A stretch of DNA of 10,255 nucleotides from a bacterium (lineage in GTDB: Bacteria; Margulisbacteria; WOR-1; O2-12-FULL-45-9; XYB2-FULL-48-7), in NCBI GenBank assembly GCA_043812655.1, contig JBDRLW010000010.1, positions 1-10,255 of the forward strand. Reading direction: 5' to 3'. The position numbers were made by a program, and so were the translations under genes. Every line of letters begins with the position of its first letter. The first letter of the stretch is position 1. Below the pieces are notes generated by a model that was given only the letters and a program-made list of their open reading frames with translations, was not told the DNA's origin and did no database searches. Below are positions 1 through 6,852 of this stretch, piece after piece.

Positions 1-34
1 CTTTAGGGGATTTCGAAAAAAAAGGAGGGCGATC

Positions 35-286
35 GTGATGGCAAAGTTGGATATCAAAGCGTTTGGGTTAGCGGTTGGGTTGGTCTGGGGTGGGGCGATG
101 TTCCTCTTGGGCGTGATCGATATTTTTACCGATTGGGGAGATTCTTTTGGCTTGATCATGAGCACGGTCTATTTCGGCTATTCACCAACGCTGATCGGGA
201 GCATTATTGGCGGCGTCTGGGGTTTTTGCGACGCGGGGGTAGGCGGGGTAACTGTTGCCTGGCTTTATAATAAATTAGCTAAGTAA
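35..286 (+). CDS. Small multi-pass membrane protein, resembles the 'bacteriophage holin' family often found outside prophages
   Basis: 83-aa Gly-rich hydrophobic ORF (AFGLAVGLVWGG...YFGYSPTLIGSIIGGVWGFCDAGVGG...AWLYNKL). SD AGGAGG at 23-28, with start GTG35 or ATG38. Family is recalled from the motif; no phage genes nearby. Confidence 0.65.
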   Translation: MMAKLDIKAFGLAVGLVWGGAMFLLGVIDIFTDWGDSFGLIMSTVYFGYSPTLIGSIIGGVWGFCDAGVGGVTVAWLYNKLAK

Positions 287-323
287 TAATAACCGCGATC
301 TCTGGTGGCAAAATATAATTTAT

Positions 324-370
324 GTAGGGCAACGGCTTGCTTGCCCGCCGAAGGAGGGTCCGTTGCCGTC
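324..370 (+). repeat. REP-like hairpin (GTAG type), left copy, with an enlarged loop
   Basis: GTAG (324-327), stem GGCAACGG (328-335) / CCGTTGCC (360-367). It abuts the RAYT stop codon. Confidence 0.8.
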
Positions 371-858
371 TATAGCCAACTATCAATTAATCCAAGGTAG
401 TTGTAATCTTGCCATTTTTGAGCTAGACCTTTCCTAACAGGATTATCTAAGATATATTGACCAATAGTTTTTAACGATTCTCTTTTTCTTACGATCCTAT
501 CGTGAAATCGTTCTTGCCATATTTTACCGGAGAGCCCAAAACTCCAAGCAATTCTGGTGGTTTTGCTTTTAAAGGCGCCGATGAACCTTGAAATAGAGAT
601 TTTTTCTGTTGAAGGAGCTAATAATAAGTGGCAATGGTTTGGCATTAAGCAATAAACATAAAGTTTAAAATTGGCTTTACCCTTTTCAGACAGTAAACAA
701 TCGATAATTAGCTGGTTTAGTTTATCGTCAACAAACAAAGCTTCCTTGTTATTAGCGCAGATCGTTATAAGATAAGGCCTGGGTGACGCATAATCAAAGC
801 CCTTTAACCTGATCCTTTTTCGTTCTGATCTTTCTTTTTTGGTTAAACTGTTTGCCAT
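370..858 (-). CDS. rayT: REP-associated tyrosine transposase (RAYT, Y1_Tnp/IS200-like HUH endonuclease)
   Basis: N-terminal RIRLKGFDY..YLITIC, HUH motif in CLMPNHCHLL, FKSKT, IWQERFHDRIVR and catalytic-Tyr region QYILDNP. Flanked by GTAG hairpins. ATG858 (162 aa) is preferred because the ORF-track start at 894 lies inside the REP. Confidence 0.9.
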   Translation of the reverse strand: MANSLTKKERSERKRIRLKGFDYASPRPYLITICANNKEALFVDDKLNQLIIDCLLSEKGKANFKLYVYCLMPNHCHLLLAPSTEKISISRFIGAFKSKTTRIAWSFGLSGKIWQERFHDRIVRKRESLKTIGQYILDNPVRKGLAQKWQDYNYLGLIDSWL

Positions 859-879
859 CTTATAAATGATAATATTTAT

Positions 880-907
880 GAGGGCAAGGGACAAGCCCTT
901 GCCCTAC
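880..907 (-). repeat. REP-like hairpin (GTAG type), right copy
   Basis: Minus strand reads GTAGGGCAAGGG-CTTGT-CCCTTGCCCTC. Perfect 10-bp stem 881-890/896-905, inverted relative to the left copy. Confidence 0.85.
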
Positions 908-958
908 AGGCAATATATTTTAAGGATGCTGCATTGCGGAAGTCAAAATAACCTACGA

Positions 959-2827
959 CTATTTCGGCAAAGTAAAAATGACCCGGGTTCCCTTGCCGAG
1001 CTCGCTTTCAACCCGGACCTTCCCATGATGGACGTTGACCAGCCCTTTGACGATAGCGAGGCCAAGCCCGGTCCCTTTTTCTCCCATGCCGGGAGTGCGG
1101 TCGAACTGGATGAATTTTTGGAAGAGTTTTGGCATGTTCTCCTTGGAAATACCGACACCGGAGTCGGCTACCGCGCATTCAACTTCGTTCTCGCGCTCTA
1201 CAATAGAGACTTCCACAAAGCCGGCTGGGGTGAATTTTAGGGCGTTGGCGACCAGATTGACAAGGATCTGGATCACTTTATCTTTGTCGCCAATAATATT
1301 AACAGCTTGGGGAGGGAAATTAACCCGGAGTTCAAGCTGTTTTTCTTCGGCTTGCGGCTTAAGCTCGGCTACGATTTGCGCCGCCGCGGCGGTAAGGTCG
1401 AACGGTTCTTTTTTAAGCGCTATTTTTCCCGCTTCGATCCTGGAGATATCAAGGAGCTCCATGATCATCCTCGTTAGGCGGGAGATATTTGCCCTAATGG
1501 AAGCAAGCATTTTTTCCTGCTTTTCATTGACGGGGCCTAAGATCTTGTCGGCGATCAAATTGATGCCTTCCTTGATAGTGGTCAGCGGCGTGCGGAGTTC
1601 ATGGGAAACGGTCGCGATAAAATCAGTCTTGAGACGGTCAAGCTCTTTTAGTCCCTCCAGCGCTTTAGCGAGCTCGACGGCCTTTTGCTTGGCTTCGTCG
1701 CGGGCCGTGGTCGTGTCTTCCAGGATCGAGAGCATCCGCTGTTTATTTTTAGTCAATTCGGCAATGGTCTTTTCCCTCTGAAAGGTTAACTCTTGCTCCC
1801 GAGTGGTAATGTGGTAGATAAACAGGCTGCCGACAGCGTCCCCATACCGATCTTTGACTATGATCGCCTCTAGGCTGGCCGGGACCTTTTGGCCATCTTT
1901 TAGCACTAAAGAGACCTTGGCTAAGCTTATTTTCCCCTGCTTTTCAACGTCGAGGTGAAGCTTGGCGTGCTCTTGCTTATTGTCATGGAATATTTCACAA
2001 GCTTTGCCTATGATATTTTCCCTGGCGTATCCCAGCGTACCACAGAAACTATTATTGACCCAGACTATCTTATGGCCAAGGTCAGTAAAAACCACGATAT
2101 CCGGCATGACACTTAGGACATCTTCAGCCAGGAATGAGGGGGTTACTGTCAACAGGCCATGGCGCACCATCGCGTAAGTAAAGATCAGGACGAAAATAGA
2201 TGACGCCAGCGGCACCAGGCTCTGGAGATAAAAACCAAAAAGAGGCAGGGTGACGTCTGAAGTAAATCCCAGCAGAAAAACACCGATCATTCCAGCCAAG
2301 ATAGTAAAACCTTGTTGCTTTTCCCGATAGTTCTTTTTATTTCGATAACCCAGGAAAAGAAAAAACAACGCCGTTAACGCCAGTGCTGCCGAGTATAAAG
2401 AGTACTGTAAATAGGCTGGTCCAAACTTGGCAACATGGCCCCAGTGGCTCATTTCGGGGACCAGGTAAAACCAATTCGATCTGAACGACAACAGGCTAAA
2501 TATTAACGCGGAAACGTAGACCAAAGGAAGAAATAAATATTTTATCCGCGGGGTATCGCTTTCGGAATAGACTACGCTAAAATGGATCATGAAAACTATG
2601 AACATCAGCCAAAACAGGTTCGAAAAGTTATTATAGATCAATGAGATAAAAGGGGTGGCGCCTGTGATCGATAAAGCAGTGGCAAGATCAAAGAACGCCA
2701 CGGCCAGGGCACAAGCAAAAAAGAGACGGTTTAGTAATTGCCGGGGGTTTTTCGACAGCACAAAAAAAGCGCAGATCCCGGCTAAAATGGTATTAATGAA
2801 CGATATTACGGCAAAAGTGTAATTCAT
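959..2827 (-). CDS. Membrane sensor histidine kinase (N-terminal ~7TM domain, PAS, coiled coil, HisKA, HATPase_c)
   Basis: About 225 hydrophobic N-terminal residues, then a PAS-like segment (IVWVNNSFCGTLGY..IIGK). H-box VSHELRTPL, N-box NLVANALKFT, G1 DSGVGI, F-box LFQKF, G2 GTGLGL. Confidence 0.95.
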   Translation of the reverse strand: MNYTFAVISFINTILAGICAFFVLSKNPRQLLNRLFFACALAVAFFDLATALSITGATPFISLIYNNFSNLFWLMFIVFMIHFSVVYSESDTPRIKYLFLPLVYVSALIFSLLSFRSNWFYLVPEMSHWGHVAKFGPAYLQYSLYSAALALTALFFLFLGYRNKKNYREKQQGFTILAGMIGVFLLGFTSDVTLPLFGFYLQSLVPLASSIFVLIFTYAMVRHGLLTVTPSFLAEDVLSVMPDIVVFTDLGHKIVWVNNSFCGTLGYARENIIGKACEIFHDNKQEHAKLHLDVEKQGKISLAKVSLVLKDGQKVPASLEAIIVKDRYGDAVGSLFIYHITTREQELTFQREKTIAELTKNKQRMLSILEDTTTARDEAKQKAVELAKALEGLKELDRLKTDFIATVSHELRTPLTTIKEGINLIADKILGPVNEKQEKMLASIRANISRLTRMIMELLDISRIEAGKIALKKEPFDLTAAAAQIVAELKPQAEEKQLELRVNFPPQAVNIIGDKDKVIQILVNLVANALKFTPAGFVEVSIVERENEVECAVADSGVGISKENMPKLFQKFIQFDRTPGMGEKGTGLGLAIVKGLVNVHHGKVRVESELGKGTRVIFTLPK

Positions 2828-2832
2828 ATTTT

Positions 2833-2881
2833 AGACTACAGACAAAAGACCACGGACCACAGACTACAGACTACAGACATT
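2833..2881 (+). repeat. Tandem heptamer array (AGACnnn x7)
   Basis: AGACTAC AGACAAA AGACCAC GGACCAC AGACTAC AGACTAC AGACATT. It contains the stop codon of the four-helix-bundle gene. Confidence 0.92.
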
Positions 2882-3239
2882 TAACTTCGCTTTCGACGGC
2901 ACGGATCAGGCCAAATAACATTTTAGCAAGCTCATCCCGACAACCTGCAAGTTGCCGATGTTTATTTTCGTCCAAGTAATCTAATTTATACCCCAATTGG
3001 AGCAAACATTCAACTTCAGCCAGCGATCCTCGCGAAATATAAAGGAACTGCAAGTAATCCCGCTTATGATTGCGGCTGGCGCCTTCGGCAATATTAGTTG
3101 GAACAGAGACCGCCGCCCGCCTGAGCTGCGAAGTCAACCCGTATATCTCTTCTTTGGGAAAAGCCTTGGTCACCTTGTATATCTCAATGACCAACTCCGC
3201 CGCTAACTGGTATGCTTTGATATTTTTATAATCTCTCAT
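2871..3239 (-). CDS. Four helix bundle protein (23S rRNA intervening-sequence protein / TIGR02436-like)
   Basis: Signature FPKEEIYGLTSQLRRAAVSVPTNIAEG...FLYISRGSLAEVE. Likely start is ATG3239 (MRDYKNIKAYQ, 122 aa); the ORF-track extension to 3284 is translated repeat. Confidence 0.92.
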   Translation of the reverse strand: MRDYKNIKAYQLAAELVIEIYKVTKAFPKEEIYGLTSQLRRAAVSVPTNIAEGASRNHKRDYLQFLYISRGSLAEVECLLQLGYKLDYLDENKHRQLAGCRDELAKMLFGLIRAVESEVKCL

Positions 3240-3240
3240 T

Positions 3241-4131
3241 TCAGGTCTGTGGTCTTCGGTCTTCGGTCTGTAGTCTCCCCTCAAGATCCTTAACGCGTGC
3301 CTTCAGCTCAATGATCAGGTCCTCGCGTCCCTCCATTACTTTTGTTATTTTTTCCAGCTCTTTGATTTGTTTGGCCTGGGATTCCTGGATCCGTTTTTGC
3401 TCTTCTTCTTGGCGCTTCGTTTTAAAGAATCCTGGGATGTCAAATTTTGTGGCCTGTTTTCTAAATTCAGGGTTCTGGGCTAGATATTCATTAATAAACC
3501 CTTCTATTTTGGACGGGTGGGCCATGATGAACCGGCATTTATCATTCCCTTTGGCGATGCAGGTGATCTCGGTGGCGACCAGCTGGATCCCAAAACTTTC
3601 TTCGCACCAGCCCGACGAGTAGCCGGAGTTCATGATACAGACGGGGAAGTCGGTCTTTTTGCCCGATCTTTTCCAAGAATCAGATTCAAAAGAATAAGGA
3701 TGGTCGTAGAGCAAATAGAAATTCTCGTCGGGCGACGGCTTGGATTCGGGGAGGATATCCACGAACGCCCAGCCGGTAAAAGCAAAATGGACCGGACCGG
3801 CGGAAAGCTTTTCGATCGGGTCTTTGAGCCCCATTTTAGCGTGGAAGTTCCGGGAGTCCATTTTACCGATGGCGTGGGCCAGGTCAAAAAGAAAGCTGTT
3901 GGCAATACCATTGGCTGTTTCTTCTCCAGCTTCCAGGTATTGCTCTTTTACCATTTCAAAAAACTCAACCGACATAGCCGCGGCCCGGACCAGGATATAG
4001 CGCTGGCCAAAGACCTCGATCGTTCCCTTGGTCGGGTCTTCTTTTTTCTCTTTGAAGTATTTACTGACATAATCCTGGGCCTTGGCAAAGAGCGGTTCGA
4101 ACGCCTTCGGGACTTTTACCGTGTTCAGCAT
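3241..4131 (-). CDS. XylR N-terminal / V4R sensory domain protein with C-terminal coiled coil and no output domain
   Basis: GTIEVFGQRYILV, LSAGPVHFAFTGW, SFES and the V4R motif PVCIMNSGYSSGW..EITCIAKGNDKCRF (Cys/Glu metal-ligand pattern). SD AGGAGG at 4137-4142. Confidence 0.88.
   Translation of the reverse strand: MLNTVKVPKAFEPLFAKAQDYVSKYFKEKKEDPTKGTIEVFGQRYILVRAAAMSVEFFEMVKEQYLEAGEETANGIANSFLFDLAHAIGKMDSRNFHAKMGLKDPIEKLSAGPVHFAFTGWAFVDILPESKPSPDENFYLLYDHPYSFESDSWKRSGKKTDFPVCIMNSGYSSGWCEESFGIQLVATEITCIAKGNDKCRFIMAHPSKIEGFINEYLAQNPEFRKQATKFDIPGFFKTKRQEEEQKRIQESQAKQIKELEKITKVMEGREDLIIELKARVKDLEGRLQTEDRRPQT
3242..3276 (-). repeat. Tandem heptamer array (AGACnnn x5), inverted relative to 2833-2881
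   Basis: Minus strand reads AGACTAC AGACCGA AGACCGA AGACCAC AGACCTG. It encodes the last residues (RLQTEDRRPQT) of the V4R protein. Confidence 0.92.
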
Positions 4132-4158
4132 TTTGTCCTCCTAATGAAACGGACTATA

Positions 4159-4181
4159 GCCTATGGTCTTTTCTCCAGCTC
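4159..4181. repeat. Direct repeat, copy 1 (duplicate of the PAS gene 3' end)
   Basis: GCCTATGGTCTTTTCTCCAGCTC matches 6857-6879 at 21/23 positions, with an identical 14-bp core CTTTTCTCCAGCTC. Confidence 0.85.
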
Positions 4182-5329
4182 TAAAATTGCTTTAGGAATG
4201 CCTGCCAGTTAAGGAACTCGATCCCTTCGCTTGTAAAGGGGCGGGGAGTCTGGCAAACACAGATCGACCGGTCAACCCGGTGGTCTTTCTTAAAACTCTT
4301 CAAACCTCTGATCTCCGCCGCGGCGGGCTCGGCCGATGATTTTATCTCGACCGCCCAGACCTCTTTGTCCAATTCCAGGATAATATCCACTTCCGCTCCA
4401 TCGGAGGTCCGGAAGAAACTTAATCTAGCCTCCTTTTCGCGATAGTCAAGGAGACGCTTTAACTCCAGGACAATAAAATGTTCAAAGGCCCTGCCATATG
4501 GAGACGTCCCAGCCGTAAGATCCTGGGATAATTCCCCCCGTAACGCTGTTACTACGCCGCGGTCAAAAAAATAAAAGCGCGGGTGCGTTATGATGCGTTT
4601 TCGATGCGACCCGGAATAAGGGGAAAATAAAAATCCCAGCAAGGTGTCTTCTAATATCTGGAAATATTCTTTGACCGTTTTCGAATGGATCCCGATCTCC
4701 CTGGCGATGCCCTGGTAATTGATGACGTTGCCGTTCTCAAAAGCGGCCAGCTCCAGAAAGCGGGCGAAAGCCGGGATGTTCCTGGTTAGCGCCTCCTGCT
4801 GGATCTCTTCTTTTAGGTAGACCTCGGAATAGCTTTTAAGCGACCGGATCTTTTCCGCCTCATTTTGCTGTAAAACAACACTCGGGATCCCTCCAAAACG
4901 CAGGGCTTTTTCCAGGGAAAACAAATTGCCGGTCTCTTCGTGGGTTAGGGGATGCAAATTAAGCGTTATCGCCCTTCCCCCCAATAAATTAACTCCCGCC
5001 CGCTTCAGTTTCCTGGCGCTTGATCCAGTCAGGATAAATTGTGCTCCGGGTAGCTTTCCCATGAGAAGCTGGACTTCATTTAAAAGATCAGGGCAGCGCT
5101 GGATCTCATCGATCACGATCTGGCTAGTGGTTTTATTTAATGCCCCAACTTCCTTGGACAGCAAGGAAACATCTTTCGCGTATCTTAGATATTCCCGCTG
5201 GTCTAACAGATTGATAAAAATATCAGGCGACAAGGTGTGCTCGATCAGGTAAGTTTTGCCAACCTGACGGGGACCAAAAAGAAAAAAAGAACGGCTGTAT
5301 TTTCTAAGATCTAATGATCTTTTTATCAT
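4181..5329 (-). CDS. AAA+ ATP-binding protein (AAA_14 + DUF4143, C-terminal PD-(D/E)xK-like motif)
   Basis: Walker A GPRQVGKT, Walker B IVIDEIQ, LTGSSA, LLGGRA, GGIP, PRFYFFDRG, GRAFE, and C-terminal EVDIIL...AVEIK. Confidence 0.92.
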   Translation of the reverse strand: MIKRSLDLRKYSRSFFLFGPRQVGKTYLIEHTLSPDIFINLLDQREYLRYAKDVSLLSKEVGALNKTTSQIVIDEIQRCPDLLNEVQLLMGKLPGAQFILTGSSARKLKRAGVNLLGGRAITLNLHPLTHEETGNLFSLEKALRFGGIPSVVLQQNEAEKIRSLKSYSEVYLKEEIQQEALTRNIPAFARFLELAAFENGNVINYQGIAREIGIHSKTVKEYFQILEDTLLGFLFSPYSGSHRKRIITHPRFYFFDRGVVTALRGELSQDLTAGTSPYGRAFEHFIVLELKRLLDYREKEARLSFFRTSDGAEVDIILELDKEVWAVEIKSSAEPAAAEIRGLKSFKKDHRVDRSICVCQTPRPFTSEGIEFLNWQAFLKQF

Positions 5330-5335
5330 ATTCCA

Positions 5336-5363
5336 ATTATACCCGTAAATAACGGAGTGTCAA
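5336..5363 (-). promoter_or_regulatory. Sigma70 promoter for the ATPase gene, probably giving a leaderless mRNA
   Basis: TTGACA (5363-5358), N16, TATAAT (5341-5336). Only 6 nt lie between the -10 box and ATG5329, and there is no SD. Confidence 0.8.
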
Positions 5364-5397
5364 CCATTTATTACGCCTTATTTATGCATTTAATCGA

Positions 5398-5416
5398 TTT
5401 TAGGCCAGTGGTCTTT
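5398..5416. repeat. Internal copy of the junction motif at the AbiEii stop codon
   Basis: TTTTAGGCCAGTGGTCTTT matches 6851-6869 (TTTTAGGCCTGTGGCCTTT) at 17/19 positions. Confidence 0.72.
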
Positions 5417-6143
5417 AAAGATATTTTTCTATCTCTTTTTTCAGGGTTTCTTTAAATTCCTTCAATATCAGCTGATGGCTTGCTGGCAGTAAAACCATCA
5501 ATTCCTTTTTAAAATCTATTTTTTCCATTTTGAGGTTGAGCAATACTTCCTTCAATTTTTGCTTATTGACCATTTTGTTAAGGGCCCGATTTCTAAGCAT
5601 GAAATAAAGGTCATAATAATCTCTCGGTTTCTTACGGGAGAGAAGGGCCGCCATTTTTCCGGAAACCAGTTCAGCTGGAGGGATCTGCATGATGACAAAC
5701 GGCGGGGCAAACTCGGATGCGATCGAAACTAATTCGCCTTTCATCGGCTTCCCCTTCCGCAAAGACACCTCGAATTTCATGTCCTCCGACACATCATAAA
5801 CATCATAATTGATCAAGCCAAGATATCCACCCGTGGTCGGCTTAGCCTCTTTGAAGTAGATATCGATCCCGGCCTTCTCCACTTCCGCCAGGGCGGCAAG
5901 GAATAAGTCGTCAATTTCCAGGTTGCGGTGGATCCCTTGCCCGGTAAAATCCAAGTCTTCCGAGAATCGCGGGCTTAAATACGCCAATCGCAAAGCGGTC
6001 CCGCCCTTGAATAATAATCTCTCCGATCCGTTGATCCTATAAAGGGCGCCCAAGAATAGGTTTTGGACATATTCCCGCACCACGTTTTCTTTTGTGGTCT
6101 GCCAGCGATCAGTAAATTCTTTGAGGTCTTCTGAATTCATCAT
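5415..6143 (-). CDS. abiEii: AbiEii/AbiGii-family nucleotidyltransferase toxin (type IV TA)
   Basis: LLFKGGTALRL..RFSEDLDF and K..ALLSR.KPRDYYDLY motifs. Overlaps the upstream antitoxin gene by 35 nt. Confidence 0.92.
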   Translation of the reverse strand: MMNSEDLKEFTDRWQTTKENVVREYVQNLFLGALYRINGSERLLFKGGTALRLAYLSPRFSEDLDFTGQGIHRNLEIDDLFLAALAEVEKAGIDIYFKEAKPTTGGYLGLINYDVYDVSEDMKFEVSLRKGKPMKGELVSIASEFAPPFVIMQIPPAELVSGKMAALLSRKKPRDYYDLYFMLRNRALNKMVNKQKLKEVLLNLKMEKIDFKKELMVLLPASHQLILKEFKETLKKEIEKYL

Positions 6144-6726
6144 ATATGTTATCCACCAAACTCATCATGCCGGGTCGCTGGAACATTTTAATATATTCCC
6201 GTAATCTATTCTTTTTTATGTTCTTCAGGTCCATTCTTTCGTAATGCAGCCCGCGTTTCCCGATATCCACATAATAAAGATAGTCCGCTATCGCTTTTTC
6301 CGGCTCCGCCATTAAAATGATCTGATTATCATATTTTATCGGTTTATACCCCGTAAAAGCCCTGGGCTTGATACGGTGATAGCTATAGGAAACCCCGTTG
6401 GCAATAAATTCCCTGGTGATACCTGTGGTTGCGCAGGTGACCGCGTAAATCGTTTCCGGAATGATATGATGAAAAGACATGGCGGCATCAAAAGAGATAT
6501 AAGAAGGCGAGTACAATTTGTTGGCTACCTGAAAAAGCGACGGATAATTGCTTTTCAACGCGTACATGCCCCGTTTTAACTTAACGATTATTCCTTTCTT
6601 CTCATACCTCCAGAGCAGCCGGCGAACCGCGTCCTCGGACGTTTTGAGCAATAGTCGAAGTTCACGGGTCGTGAAGATCTTCATTTTCTTTTCTTTGAGA
6701 ATATTTTGTATATTAATCAATTTCAT
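6109..6726 (-). CDS. abiEi: AbiEi-family antitoxin / transcriptional regulator (type IV TA)
   Basis: N-terminal wHTH-like region (IFTTREL...KKGIIVKLKRGMY), YSPSYISFDAAMSFHHIIPE and AEPEKAIADYLY. Lies directly upstream of abiEii. Confidence 0.88.
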   Translation of the reverse strand: MKLINIQNILKEKKMKIFTTRELRLLLKTSEDAVRRLLWRYEKKGIIVKLKRGMYALKSNYPSLFQVANKLYSPSYISFDAAMSFHHIIPETIYAVTCATTGITREFIANGVSYSYHRIKPRAFTGYKPIKYDNQIILMAEPEKAIADYLYYVDIGKRGLHYERMDLKNIKKNRLREYIKMFQRPGMMSLVDNIYDEFRRPQRIY

Positions 6727-6758
6727 TATCTTGACCTTTTTGTCCTGTTACTGAAATG

Positions 6759-6787
6759 ATTATAAATAAGGTATTTGCCCTTGTCAA
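6759..6787 (-). promoter_or_regulatory. Consensus sigma70 promoter of the abiE operon
   Basis: TTGACA (6787-6782), N17, TATAAT (6764-6759), 32 nt upstream of ATG6726. Confidence 0.85.
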
Positions 6788-6852
6788 GCTTAACTTGTTT
6801 CATTTTTCCACCATTTTTGGTAGTATTTCCAAATGGCCGCGCCAAGTAGCTT

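Larger units (their letters stand above)
2833..3276. mobile_element. Putative 444-bp inserted unit: four-helix-bundle gene between inverted heptamer arrays
   Basis: Perfect 11-bp terminal inverted repeat AGACTACAGAC (2833-2843 / 3266-3276). Removing the unit restores an in-frame stop for the V4R gene that overlaps the kinase ATG. Confidence 0.65.

Noticed and set aside
35..286. Prophage lysis module
   Set aside because: There is no endolysin or other phage gene in the window, and the holin-like label alone is insufficient.
2871..3239. 23S rRNA gene or intervening sequence around the four-helix gene
   Set aside because: Both flanks are protein-coding and no rRNA-like sequence is present.
2833..3276. 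Heptamer arrays as a CRISPR array or a DGR
   Set aside because: The units are 7-bp tandem copies with no spacers. There are no cas genes, reverse transcriptase or TR/VR pair in the window.
2833..3276. GTAG within GTAGTCT units as substrates of the nearby RAYT
   Set aside because: GTAG lies on the 3' arm of the predicted stem rather than at the 5' foot as in REPs, and a 4-bp match is uninformative.
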